Source: a virus
Lineage: Duplodnaviria; Caudoviricetes
Virus record (IMG/VR): IMGVR_UViG_3300032216_000911
Span: 1-49,748 of that record
Direction: 5' to 3' (one strand)
Length of the DNA: 49,748 nucleotides
Shown: one piece after another, positions 26,990-35,734 of the stretch
Position numbering within the stretch: position 1 is the stretch's first letter
Layout: every line of letters begins with the position of its first letter
The notes under the pieces: generated by a model
Database searches by the model: none
Told to the model about the DNA's origin: nothing
The model's input: the letters and a program-made list of their open reading frames with translations, nothing else
Program-made: the position numbers and the translations under genes

Positions 26990-27185
26990 ACTTGCTTACT
27001 TCGGGGTGGCGGCGGAGGTCCGCCACCCTATACGAAGTATAGGGGTTCAACCTCCGTTAACTTCCGTATGTTTTCTTCAATGATTTCAGGCACTTGAGTT
27101 TTAGACTTCCGCAACCTCCGTAGACACTTCCGTTCAATGATTTCAATGACTTAGAGAGAGACCTCCGCAACCTCCGCAAGGGTGG
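26990..27185. other. Putative replication origin: iterons, hairpins and IHF-like boxes
   Basis: Seven AC(C/T)TCCG direct repeats (27050-27176), two TTCAATGATTTCA copies, overlapping hairpins 27004-27028 and 27026-27044; largely non-coding, downstream of primase-helicase. Confidence 0.7.
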
Positions 27186-27195
27186 TTCGGTCGTT

Positions 27196-28002
27196 TTAGA
27201 CCCCGCACATGCCCTCGCAATCGTTCATAAACAGGTCCGGCTGGCCGACTTCCGCGTTGGTTCTGAGATCAACTTCGGCGAGCGGTTTGCAGCTTCTGTG
27301 GATGTATGGGACGGCCTTAAAGGTTCCCATAACACCGTTTGAGCGGAGCGCCTTATCCACCCCAACAGCGTCCTCAAAAGAGGCCGGATCGGTCGCCTTC
27401 ATGCTGATCCAACTTTCGTCAGAGCGGAATGGGCAGAAAGTACAGGAGGACTTTGGCGCCGACCAACCGTGCTGGGTCATCCATTCAAGACAAGCTGCCC
27501 GGCTCATCCCGAGCTCAATGAGTGGCCAGCGGTTAACCTTCCATTGAATCGCTGCGGGCTTCATGCGAATAGCCTCGTCGGTCGAAATGCCGATCCAGAC
27601 CTCAACCGACTTTGCTGGCACCCGAGCCCTTCGACCATATCCAAGCAATGACCTGAGCTCTCTGTCTATCGGCTTGATCTTGTACTCCGAGGTGCATTGC
27701 CTGCGAGCCATACCGATCCCCTTGCTGCCCTGATCCATGAAAAAAGGAATTGACGCAAAGCGCTTTGAGCCACCCGTATTCGTGCCCTTGATCAGATCGT
27801 CGCGGATGTTGCCAGCGCTGATTATGTGAACAGGAAACGGAAGCTCAGCAATTAACTTGTGCAGATGCTTGTAAACTGATTCGGGCTCAGCGCCCGTATC
27901 AGCGAAGATGGCACAGTCTGGCATCTCGACCTCGCCAAATTTGGCCATCAGCGCCAGCGTAGTGGACTGAACGCCAGCCCCTAGCGATAAAACTTTCAAC
28001 AT
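27196..28002 (-). CDS. PAPS-reductase-like (PP-loop, Cys-rich) protein
   Basis: VLSLGAGVQST, FADTGAE, RQCTSEYKIKPI, IGISTDE, KSSCTFCPF, CEGMCGV; TGATG coupling to helicase. Confidence 0.8.
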   Translation of the reverse strand: MLKVLSLGAGVQSTTLALMAKFGEVEMPDCAIFADTGAEPESVYKHLHKLIAELPFPVHIISAGNIRDDLIKGTNTGGSKRFASIPFFMDQGSKGIGMARRQCTSEYKIKPIDRELRSLLGYGRRARVPAKSVEVWIGISTDEAIRMKPAAIQWKVNRWPLIELGMSRAACLEWMTQHGWSAPKSSCTFCPFRSDESWISMKATDPASFEDAVGVDKALRSNGVMGTFKAVPYIHRSCKPLAEVDLRTNAEVGQPDLFMNDCEGMCGV

Positions 28003-30155
28003 CAATCTATGCTCCCTATTACCTTGAGACCCTGCATTTTGGTTGACTTGTCGCACATTTCAGAAATCAGCACATCGTTCTCTAGCCATGTCTGGATCAG
28101 TAGCACAGCAAGCTTTTCAGGGACGCCGTGACGAGTCTTGATGAGGGATGGGGCATACCGTCCCTTGGCCTTCGTCTGTGGCACAGAAGACCACGGCTTG
28201 CCTGAGTTCCATGCCGTCGAGATGTCGGCGAGGATCTTCCTGCACACGTCCTTCGGGGGCAGCGCGGACTTCTCAGGCGCCCTCTGCTCGCACGCCACGG
28301 CCACCAAGCTGCGGGTCGCCTTGATGTCTCCGACGGGCACCTCAATCAGCTCGAAGGACTGCTTCCAGCCATCCTGGGCGGCCTTGATCTTCTTCGCAGT
28401 CATTGTCCCGATCATGTCGCCTTCGTCGCGTTCGATCCCGAACAGGAAGTCACCTGCGCCATCGAAGACGGTGGATCCGCGCATGTTGCCAGCCCGGCTG
28501 GTGTGATGGACCCCGACGACCGTTGCCCCGAAGGTCTCGCGGACCTCGTCGCAGGCCTTGATGAACAGCGTCATGTCCTTCTGTAGGTTCTCATCGGCGC
28601 CGGGTAGAACGCGGGAGACGGTGTCCACGACGATCATGACGGGGAGTTCGCCCAGCTGCTCGCACAGGGTGGTGATCGTGCGCAGTAGGCGATCCACGTC
28701 AGTGTCGAGCATAAAGTTGATGGTCTGCCTGATCAGGTAGAAGGGGGCTTCGTCGGCCTTTACATCGAGGTGGTTCTCCCACGCCCTGAGACGGAACTTG
28801 ATGTCGCCCACGCCCTCGCTGCTGATGTAGACTACGGGGCCCTTTCTCTTGATCGTGCGGCCCCACCAACTATCAAGGCCGCAGGCGATGGACAGAGCTT
28901 GCCCCAGGGTAATGAAGGACTTGCCGCAGCCCGGCGGCCCGAAGACGAACCCAAGGCCACGGTCGATCACCATGCCGTCGATGAGCCACTCAGGGTCCGG
29001 TAGGTTCTTGATTGCTGTCACTGAGAGGAGCTCAAAAAGGTTGAAATCTTCACGGAATTCAGCGCCGGGGTCTTCCGCATTGGCGTCGGCCTCGCTCTTG
29101 GGCTCAGCCTCCGCCTGAGATTGGCCAGCCTGTCGCTGACCAGATGATGACTGCTGGGGCTTATCCTTCGGAGGCGGTGGTGCGCCTGCGTGATCCCTGA
29201 CCTTTGCATCCCACTGGTCGAAGGCGTGCTTCCACTTCTGCTTGAAGAGGGTGATGCCTCGGCCTTCGCGCTCTAGCAAGATGTGATTCGGTGTGCCGCG
29301 CTCGACGATCCGGGACTTGGCGGCGCGCTCGTACTTTGAGAACAGCTCGCGAAGCATCTCGTCCTGCTCGGCCTGGCCGGGCATGATCGGGGACTCCCGA
29401 TATTCCTGCACGACGCGGGCCCAGACCATCTTGGTCATGTGCTCCTCGCGCCCGTCTACAATGCGCCCGAAGGCGTCTGTTGACGTACCGGGGCTAGTGG
29501 TACGCTGTGCCGGGCTTGATGTCGCTCCACTGGAGCCGCCATGCTCTTGGGCCAGGGTATTGATCTGGTCACAGAGCCACTGGGGGGCCGTGGCGATCTC
29601 CATCTCCCAAGGTTCTTGGCCATCTTTCCAACGGTATGCTGTGCCGCTCTCGTGCATTGACGGTGGCAGCATGGCGAATCCGCCTTGGCCACGGATGTCT
29701 ACACCGATCGACGTCTTGCAGGTCGGCGGGATCCAACCTATCGGCGCCCGGAAGAACAGTTGAACGCCACCGCCGCCCGTTTCCTGCTCGACCGTGTCGA
29801 GCTCGCCTGCGGACACTTGCATGTGCGACATTTCGTCCCACCAAGCCTGCGCGCGAATATTCTTGTGCAAATCTAGATCGACGACGAAGACGCCTGACGA
29901 GCAGGCGCCAGCGATCAAGCCCATGTTGTAGCGCCGGGCGTGTTCGCCATTATCGCCATACCAGCGCTCAAAGGTGAAGTCTGGGGCGAGCTCGTGCTCG
30001 AGCTCTCGCCACTTGGGGAGCGCCGGGCGCTTCCACTGTGTCTTGTGTTCGGAAGGGCGCATGGCTGGCACGACCTGAAGGCCGAGCTCCCGATACATCT
30101 TCGCCCATTCCGTCGGGTCGGCAAATTCTGGATCAAACGACATTTCTGGTCTCAT
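28002..30155 (-). CDS. Bifunctional primase-polymerase fused to a RecA-like (AAA_25/RepA) helicase
   Basis: VVDLD, TGGGGVQLFF, GVDIRGQGGFAMLPPSMH; Walker A GPPGCGKS, IVVDT, GADEN, VHHTSR..MRGS. Confidence 0.92.
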   Translation of the reverse strand: MRPEMSFDPEFADPTEWAKMYRELGLQVVPAMRPSEHKTQWKRPALPKWRELEHELAPDFTFERWYGDNGEHARRYNMGLIAGACSSGVFVVDLDLHKNIRAQAWWDEMSHMQVSAGELDTVEQETGGGGVQLFFRAPIGWIPPTCKTSIGVDIRGQGGFAMLPPSMHESGTAYRWKDGQEPWEMEIATAPQWLCDQINTLAQEHGGSSGATSSPAQRTTSPGTSTDAFGRIVDGREEHMTKMVWARVVQEYRESPIMPGQAEQDEMLRELFSKYERAAKSRIVERGTPNHILLEREGRGITLFKQKWKHAFDQWDAKVRDHAGAPPPPKDKPQQSSSGQRQAGQSQAEAEPKSEADANAEDPGAEFREDFNLFELLSVTAIKNLPDPEWLIDGMVIDRGLGFVFGPPGCGKSFITLGQALSIACGLDSWWGRTIKRKGPVVYISSEGVGDIKFRLRAWENHLDVKADEAPFYLIRQTINFMLDTDVDRLLRTITTLCEQLGELPVMIVVDTVSRVLPGADENLQKDMTLFIKACDEVRETFGATVVGVHHTSRAGNMRGSTVFDGAGDFLFGIERDEGDMIGTMTAKKIKAAQDGWKQSFELIEVPVGDIKATRSLVAVACEQRAPEKSALPPKDVCRKILADISTAWNSGKPWSSVPQTKAKGRYAPSLIKTRHGVPEKLAVLLIQTWLENDVLISEMCDKSTKMQGLKVIGSID

Positions 30156-30170
30156 TTTTGTCTCGCTGCA

Positions 30171-30608
30171 TTAGAAGGCGCCCGTGGCGCATTTTTTGAG
30201 TTTTTCAAGGATACGCTGAACCACCGCCAACTGCTTTTCTGACAGACGGTCGGGGAAGCGGTCACAAATATCGGCGGCGAAGCTCGCCTCCCAAGCACTC
30301 AACGGTTCAACGCCCCACTCTTCAATGAGACGGCTCATTTCCTTCAATAATACTGGATGAGACCAAGATGTGTCGTGGTGATAGTGGCCGTAATCTTGCC
30401 GAGGTGGTGGTGGTGGCGGCGGCGGTGGCTGCCGATAGCTTGATGACGATGCGTAGCACAGGCGCATCAGATCGGGGATTGAGGCCTTGTGGGACTTGGC
30501 GATGTCCGAGATCTTTTTCGCCGCAACGGCGCGCTCTCCATCGAAGTCCGACCCAAGCATACCCAGAAGCTTGTGGACGAGATCCTTTTGTTTAGCGTCG
30601 ATGCTCAT
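30171..30608 (-). CDS. Hypothetical protein with poly-Pro linker
   Basis: KLLGMLGSDFDGER..A; LSAWEASF...LSEKQ. Confidence 0.7.
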   Translation of the reverse strand: MSIDAKQKDLVHKLLGMLGSDFDGERAVAAKKISDIAKSHKASIPDLMRLCYASSSSYRQPPPPPPPPPRQDYGHYHHDTSWSHPVLLKEMSRLIEEWGVEPLSAWEASFAADICDRFPDRLSEKQLAVVQRILEKLKKCATGAF

Positions 30609-30619
30609 TTTGGTCTGAC

Positions 30620-31093
30620 CTATTTAGTTGCTGCATACCAAGCCATGAGGGCCGCATCAGCGCGCCCATCATCTTTCTTTCGAATGAACATCCCCGCGTA
30701 ATTAGGGAACAGCTCCATCGCCCTCTGGCGGGATCCATCCTTGCCACCACGGACACTCGCCGCTTTCTGCCACGCCTGCGGGGTGACAATATCCACAGGG
30801 ATCAGCATCGTGGCGAGCACGCCCTCAATGATGCCGACGCTGCGACCGAAGGAGAAAACCGAAGTAACCCCCTGACCCGGCATCGCCCCAACACGCTCTA
30901 ACACTGCGCGTGATACTTTCCCAGCGAGGCCCATGGCGACCGCAACGCCAACAGGGCTCACCTCAAGCTTGGTTTTGTTGTTCCTTTTCACCTCAAGGGT
31001 GGGCATGTCCACAATGGACAAGTGGCCCTTCTCAGTGTGGAGGAAGGCGATAGCGCCGTTCAGGCCGGGATCGATGCCGATGTATAGGGTCAA
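30620..31093 (-). CDS. RuvC-like Holliday junction resolvase
   Basis: IGIDPGLNGAIA, VLERV, FSFG, TPQAWQK, DGRADAALMA. Confidence 0.9.
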   Translation of the reverse strand: MTLYIGIDPGLNGAIAFLHTEKGHLSIVDMPTLEVKRNNKTKLEVSPVGVAVAMGLAGKVSRAVLERVGAMPGQGVTSVFSFGRSVGIIEGVLATMLIPVDIVTPQAWQKAASVRGGKDGSRQRAMELFPNYAGMFIRKKDDGRADAALMAWYAATK

Positions 31094-31287
31094 AACTTGC
31101 CTCCCTCGCGATCCATGCGGTCAAAGTGCTTGACGCTGATCTTGCCGTCGGAATCCATGATGAGGCCCCATCTCCACTTGTGCGGAACATGGTTTCGCTG
31201 CCGCCACTTGCGGCGGGCCCAGTACGAAACGCCATGCTTTTCAGCAAGGTCGTCGATGAGATCCCAGTCGATATCTGATTTGGTCAT
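31090..31287 (-). CDS. Cro-like small HTH regulator
   Basis: LAEKHGVSYWARRKWRQRNHVP; first gene of the leftward replication operon. Confidence 0.65.
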   Translation of the reverse strand: MTKSDIDWDLIDDLAEKHGVSYWARRKWRQRNHVPHKWRWGLIMDSDGKISVKHFDRMDREGGKF

Positions 31288-31289
31288 GC

Positions 31290-31375
31290 CCCAGAGTTGG
31301 ACAAAAATTCCAATGTGTCAATCTGTAGAAAGTGAAAATTTGGGGTTGACGAACAATTTCAGATCGTTCAGCTTC
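31290..31375. promoter_or_regulatory. Divergent promoter region
   Basis: TTGACA on minus strand (31321-31316) and TTGACG on plus (31346-31351) in an AT-rich intergenic gap. Confidence 0.55.
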
Positions 31376-31401
31376 AGGCCCAGATCAACCGAGCGAATCA
31401 C

Positions 31402-32163
31402 ATGACCAGTCCAACAAATCCTTTTGAATCCTACGGCATTCAGCACCTTTCCCCCAGCGCCTGCAATACATTCATCGGCTCTCCGGCGTCGTTCGTGCTT
31501 GAGCGGCTGATGGGGAAACGGTCGCAGGTGGGCGCTGCTGCACACCGGGGGACTGCGGTGGAGGATGGCGTCGTGCAGGCGCTGCTGAACGATCTCAGCA
31601 CGTCTGAGGGCATCAAGATCGCTCAGGATACTTTTGGCAAGCTGACATCCCTCAGCGGCGATCCTCGCCGCGCTAAGGAGGCCGAGGCTGTCCCTGAGAT
31701 GGTGAAGCAGGCCCTTGAGGAGCTTCGCCCTTACGGCAAGCCATCATCGACGCAGGGCAAGATCTCGTGGGATGTTGAAGGCCTCGCTGTGCCGATCATC
31801 GGGTTCTATGACGTTGCGTGGGAGGAGCACGGGATCCTCCTCGATCTCAAGACCACCCACGCCCTGCCGTCGAAGATCAAGGTCAATCACGCACGTCAGG
31901 TGGCTCTGTATGCGGCCTGCCTCGGCGACAACATCGACGCCCGGCTGACCTACATCACACCGAAGAAGGTGGCCACGTACAAGCTTGAGAACGTGCGCGA
32001 GCATGTGCAGGCCTTGGAGCGCATCGCCTTCACGATCCAGCGGTTCCTCGCGATCAGCGATGACCCAAAGGTGTTGGCGTCTTTCGTGGTGCCTGACACC
32101 GACAGTTTCTATTTTTCAGACCCTCTCGCGCGCCAAGCGGCATTTGAGGTGTGGGGTCTGTAA
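31402..32163 (+). CDS. PD-(D/E)XK exonuclease (RecB/Cas4-like)
   Basis: HLSPS, RGTAVE, IIGFYD, LDLKTT, RQVALY. Confidence 0.85.
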   Translation: MTSPTNPFESYGIQHLSPSACNTFIGSPASFVLERLMGKRSQVGAAAHRGTAVEDGVVQALLNDLSTSEGIKIAQDTFGKLTSLSGDPRRAKEAEAVPEMVKQALEELRPYGKPSSTQGKISWDVEGLAVPIIGFYDVAWEEHGILLDLKTTHALPSKIKVNHARQVALYAACLGDNIDARLTYITPKKVATYKLENVREHVQALERIAFTIQRFLAISDDPKVLASFVVPDTDSFYFSDPLARQAAFEVWGL

Positions 32164-32231
32164 GGTTCTGCCCATGTGGGCGAAGGCGAGCGTCTGGCCA
32201 GACAGACGCATTTGGTAGAAGGAAAACGGAT

Positions 32232-32900
32232 ATGGGTCTCGGTCTTAACATCAACACCGGCAGCAAGAATTTCCTGCCCATCATCAAGTACGACGCTCGT
32301 GCTGGGCGCGTCTTTCGTGTCGATAAGGTTGACGGCATGTCAACGCCTGTGGACATCACCAAGAAGTTCAAGGCTGTCTTTGACTTTGAGAATGCCGAGG
32401 TCGGCTACATCAACTTCGCCACTGGCTCGGCTCCTGACTTCGTCATGGTTCCGCTTGGGTCTGTCCTGCCTGCGTGCCCTTCTGAGAACCATAAGCAGGG
32501 CATGAGAATGAGCGTGAGGCTTGGCAAGGATTGCGGCAGCGACTGCCGTGAACTTGCAGGCACGTCAGGCGCGTTTCTGGCGAGCATGGACAAGCTTCAC
32601 GATGACTACCTCGCTGGCGTTAAGGACAACGCAGGCAAGCTGCCCGTGGTGGCTCTGGTAGACACTGTGGCCATCGAGAGCGGATCTGGCGCCCGCAAGT
32701 CTACCAACTATCGCCCGGTCTTCGAGATCTCCGCGTGGGTTGACAGGCCGAAAGACCTTGGCCCGAATGCTCGCGGGTCTGATCCCGAGCCCGCGCCTGC
32801 TGTGAAGGCTGTGCCGCCTTCTACAGGATCGTCTCGCGCATCTGCGCCAACGGCTCGCTCGCCTGAGCCAGCCATGGCTGATGATGAGGATTTCGGTTAA
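32232..32900 (+). CDS. Putative single-stranded DNA-binding protein
   Basis: Follows exonuclease; YDARAGR...NYRPVFEI..WVDRP, flexible linker, acidic aromatic tail DDEDFG. Confidence 0.65.
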   Translation: MGLGLNINTGSKNFLPIIKYDARAGRVFRVDKVDGMSTPVDITKKFKAVFDFENAEVGYINFATGSAPDFVMVPLGSVLPACPSENHKQGMRMSVRLGKDCGSDCRELAGTSGAFLASMDKLHDDYLAGVKDNAGKLPVVALVDTVAIESGSGARKSTNYRPVFEISAWVDRPKDLGPNARGSDPEPAPAVKAVPPSTGSSRASAPTARSPEPAMADDEDFG

Positions 32901-32907
32901 CAAAATT

Positions 32908-32929
32908 GGGGGCGTCTACGGGCGCCCCC
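32908..32929 (+). terminator. GC hairpin after the SSB-like gene
   Basis: GGGGGCGTC-tacg-GGCGCCCCC; weak U tract. Confidence 0.5.
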
Positions 32930-32948
32930 TTCCCAGGAAGGAGACCAA

Positions 32949-33203
32949 ATGCGTTTTGAAATCATCATGCACATGCCCACCAGAGGCGGTATTGATAAAA
33001 TCAGCGAGCCAGTTCACCGGCTTGTTGTCGATCACCCTTCTAAATCTCTTGAAGAGTTTGTGCATGTGCTCATGAACTATGACTTCGTCATCGTCGATGA
33101 GTTTTATCCAGACCCAGTCACTAAAGCGTACAAAAGCCATGGGCTGATCGCCCTCAACCACCGATACGTCGGTAAAATCAAACAATGGGACAGAAAACAA
33201 TGA
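32949..33203 (+). CDS. Hypothetical protein
   Basis: AAGGAG RBS, ATGA coupling downstream. Confidence 0.7.
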   Translation: MRFEIIMHMPTRGGIDKISEPVHRLVVDHPSKSLEEFVHVLMNYDFVIVDEFYPDPVTKAYKSHGLIALNHRYVGKIKQWDRKQ

Positions 33204-33586
33204 ACCATAAGGACGTTCTCTATAAAACCGTCGAAATTTTGAATGATCGCGGCCAAATGTATGGCGACATTAAAGATGTGTTCAGTCATGCGGCTCAAAT
33301 TGCATCATTGATCAGCGGGAGGGAATACAACGAATATGAAATTTCCGTGGTCATGGAGGCGATAAAACTGGCGAGACGCCGCGCAAACCCTAAGCTTGCC
33401 GACAACTACATTGATAACATAAACTACACTGCGTTCTCGGCGCAGTTTGCCTTGAACGATACTGAAGGAGAGAAGCCTGCTGCCGTGGCAACGCAGCCTG
33501 TTGATGAGGATCTACCATATGCTCAAGAAATCAGCGTACACTTTGACGGGACTAGCACTACTGTCGTCGCCAGTCCTAGCCACTGA
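33200..33586 (+). CDS. DUF6378-like protein
   Basis: DRGQMYG...F...A...VMEAIKLAR...DNYID.INY. Confidence 0.75.
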   Translation: MNHKDVLYKTVEILNDRGQMYGDIKDVFSHAAQIASLISGREYNEYEISVVMEAIKLARRRANPKLADNYIDNINYTAFSAQFALNDTEGEKPAAVATQPVDEDLPYAQEISVHFDGTSTTVVASPSH

Positions 33587-34058
33587 GGAAGATGCAGGTT
33601 CATTTTGGCGCGAGGAAGCGCTGAGGCGTGAGCCGGTAAACTTGGGGAAGGTTGCCGAGTCTCAGAAGAAGAGAGTCGTGATTGACCGGATCACCACGGT
33701 GGTGCGGAAAGAACTGGGTGAAGAATGGGTTGCCAGCGCCCTCAAGATCGCAAAGGTCGAGAGCGGGTATAGGTGCAACGCGACGGGTCCAAAGACCCGC
33801 CACGGCCACGCAAAGGGGGTCTTTCAGCTGATTGACTCTTCGGCAAAGACCTTAGGGTTCGACCCCGGCAAAATGTATGACTGCAATGAGAACATCGCGG
33901 CTGGGGTAGCACACATGAAAGTCTGCATATCCTATGGCGTGAAAGACCCTCGGGGAATGGCTGCTTGCCACGTTGCCGGGTGGAATCATTGGAATGTCAA
34001 ACTTGCGCGTCAACATGAGAGGTACAAGCAGCGTTATATAAACATGGCGGCAGCCTAG
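33519..34058 (+). CDS. Lytic transglycosylase (SLT) with signal peptide
   Basis: MLKK-hydrophobic-VLA signal; catalytic VESG, AKGVFQL, ENIAAG. Confidence 0.85.
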   Translation: MLKKSAYTLTGLALLSSPVLATEEDAGSFWREEALRREPVNLGKVAESQKKRVVIDRITTVVRKELGEEWVASALKIAKVESGYRCNATGPKTRHGHAKGVFQLIDSSAKTLGFDPGKMYDCNENIAAGVAHMKVCISYGVKDPRGMAACHVAGWNHWNVKLARQHERYKQRYINMAAA

Positions 34059-34061
34059 CGC

Positions 34062-34081
34062 GGGGGAGCTTCGGCTCCCCC
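34062..34081 (+). terminator. cUUCGg tetraloop hairpin (terminator/processing site)
   Basis: GGGGGAGC-ttcg-GCTCCCCC right after the stop; no clear U tract. Confidence 0.55.
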
Positions 34082-34100
34082 ATTACCAAACGAGCCAGCG

Positions 34101-34286
34101 ATGAAGGACCAGCAGAATGGAATACTGAGCCTCCGGTGGTGGTCATGCCGCTACATCACGAACAATGATATGAGTCGGCCCGAATATTGCTGTGAGAAGA
34201 TAGTGAGGGGGTCGTACTGTCAGAAACATGCAAAATTGTGCTACCTGCCTCCGAAGAAAAACGACTTGTTAATGATTACCGAGTAA
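34101..34286 (+). CDS. GcrA-like protein, C-terminal Cys/His domain only
   Basis: ILSL...SCRY...YCC....GSYCQKHAKLCY matches the GcrA L..L....CRW...FCG...YC..H...AY pattern. Confidence 0.75.
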   Translation: MKDQQNGILSLRWWSCRYITNNDMSRPEYCCEKIVRGSYCQKHAKLCYLPPKKNDLLMITE

Positions 34287-34316
34287 GTTGTTCTTGCAAC
34301 ACAAGAGGAACGCGGT

Positions 34317-34604
34317 ATGATCGAGATCCAGACCAAACTGAGAGCAACCAAGACCAACTATGACGATCAGCCAGGCACATGGCAGACACCGATCAACCCT
34401 GATGGTGACGAGGCTGCCCGCTACATCCAGAACATGATCGAGCACATGGGGCATGTTGTTAAGATAGCCCTGGAGCACGTTTATGATGACGCAACCAGAA
34501 AACAAATTGAGGCCCACGCATATGACGCGATCAAAGGAACATCAACTAAAAATGGCTCAGTATTGGGCGGCGCAAGAAAGCAGCTGGCACGACAAATATA
34601 TTGA
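34317..34604 (+). CDS. Hypothetical protein
   Basis: INPDGDEAARYI motif; GAGGA upstream; start overlaps a promoter-like motif. Confidence 0.6.
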   Translation: MIEIQTKLRATKTNYDDQPGTWQTPINPDGDEAARYIQNMIEHMGHVVKIALEHVYDDATRKQIEAHAYDAIKGTSTKNGSVLGGARKQLARQIY

Positions 34605-34776
34605 GGCCGAAGGCCGAGTGGATCAGCTTGAGACCAGAATTTTTGAGCAGGCTAGTTGGATTGAATTTCTGGAGGGAGCCCTCCGGGAGATTGTCAAGGT
34701 CAACAATAAGCGAGATCGTTACAGTAGTGAGATAGATGGTATTGTCATTGCAGCATTGGGAGAGGGAAATGTCTGA
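34522..34776 (+). CDS. Hypothetical coiled-coil protein
   Basis: GAGG RBS before MTRSKEH; LEGALREIV...ALGE ending shared with the 35963-36576 paralogs. Confidence 0.6.
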   Translation: MTRSKEHQLKMAQYWAAQESSWHDKYIEAEGRVDQLETRIFEQASWIEFLEGALREIVKVNNKRDRYSSEIDGIVIAALGEGNV

Positions 34777-35296
34777 CGCCCTCATGGACCTTCACAATCA
34801 TTACAAGGCCGTCAGGGCGCGCTTGAATGGTGGACCGCCACCCAAGCCGCCTGCACTGCCAGAACCCGAGCCAGAGCCCGCCCCTGCCCCTCCTGTAACG
34901 CCTCCATTGACTAGGCTCGCCCACTCCTTACAGCCAGCTGTGCTTCTACAGGGCCTGCGTGGGTTCCCTGAGCTGAAGGAACGGATCCTGCCAATCCTTG
35001 AGAAACACAGGGTTGAATGGAAGGAGGTGTGTGGCAGGTCGCAGAGCTGGAAGCACACCAAGTGCCGATTTGAGGTGTTTGTAAAGCTTAACGCTTGTGG
35101 GTGGTCATTGTCGAAGATCGGGCGCCTGTGCGGTGATCGGGACCACACGACGGTGTTGAGCGGCATTAAGAGGTTCATTAAGGAGAACCTGACCGAGCAA
35201 GAGATTGCTATGTGCAAAGACCTCGGGATGCGCCCTGTGGATTACTATGATGCGAAGATGACCTTGAGAGCTTGGAGAGGGATTAGTGATGACTGA
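34769..35296 (+). CDS. DnaA domain IV-like HTH protein
   Basis: SLSKIGRLCGDRDHTTVLSGIKR matches the DnaA C-terminal signature. Confidence 0.8.
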   Translation: MSDALMDLHNHYKAVRARLNGGPPPKPPALPEPEPEPAPAPPVTPPLTRLAHSLQPAVLLQGLRGFPELKERILPILEKHRVEWKEVCGRSQSWKHTKCRFEVFVKLNACGWSLSKIGRLCGDRDHTTVLSGIKRFIKENLTEQEIAMCKDLGMRPVDYYDAKMTLRAWRGISDD

Positions 35297-35528
35297 AGAG
35301 AAAGAAACCTTCTACTACCGCCACAACATCATGAACGAGGTTGGCTACCACCGCCCTGTCACCATCCCCATTTCCATGAGCGAGACGCTGACCCTGCGCG
35401 ACCAGTTTGCTATGGCGGCGTTGACGGGGTTGATATCAAGGGCTCCTGACTTCATGTTTCCTGATTTGTCCCAGAAAGCATATTGGTTTGCGGACTCTAT
35501 GCTTGAAGCGCGAAAGGAAAAGAAATGA
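35286..35528 (+). CDS. Conserved phage hypothetical protein
   Basis: TLRDQFAMAALTGL...AYWFADSMLEAR. Confidence 0.7.
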   Translation: MMTEEKETFYYRHNIMNEVGYHRPVTIPISMSETLTLRDQFAMAALTGLISRAPDFMFPDLSQKAYWFADSMLEARKEKK

Positions 35529-35734
35529 CTGAATGGCAACCAATCGACACCGCGCCAAAGGATGGGACGTACTTCCTTGCATATTGGCGTCCTCCTGAAG
35601 ATGAGCCGTTTGTTAAAATTTATCATGTTTGCCACTACGCACATGGCGTAATTTGGCCATCTTGGATCATTGATGATGATATGCCCACCCATTGGATGCC
35701 TTTGCCTGCGCCGCCTGAGAAGGGGGATGAGTGA
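35525..35734 (+). CDS. DUF551-like protein
   Basis: WQPIDTAPKDG...PTHWMPLPAPP. Confidence 0.8.
   Translation: MTEWQPIDTAPKDGTYFLAYWRPPEDEPFVKIYHVCHYAHGVIWPSWIIDDDMPTHWMPLPAPPEKGDE

Noticed and set aside
27050-27180. Mini-CRISPR or tRNA in the repeat region
   Set aside because: Repeats are only 7-13 bp with irregular short spacing; no cloverleaf, T-loop or CCA; no cas operon
31402-32163. CRISPR-associated Cas4
   Set aside because: Lacks the Fe-S cysteine cluster and CRISPR context; ordinary phage recombination exonuclease next to SSB
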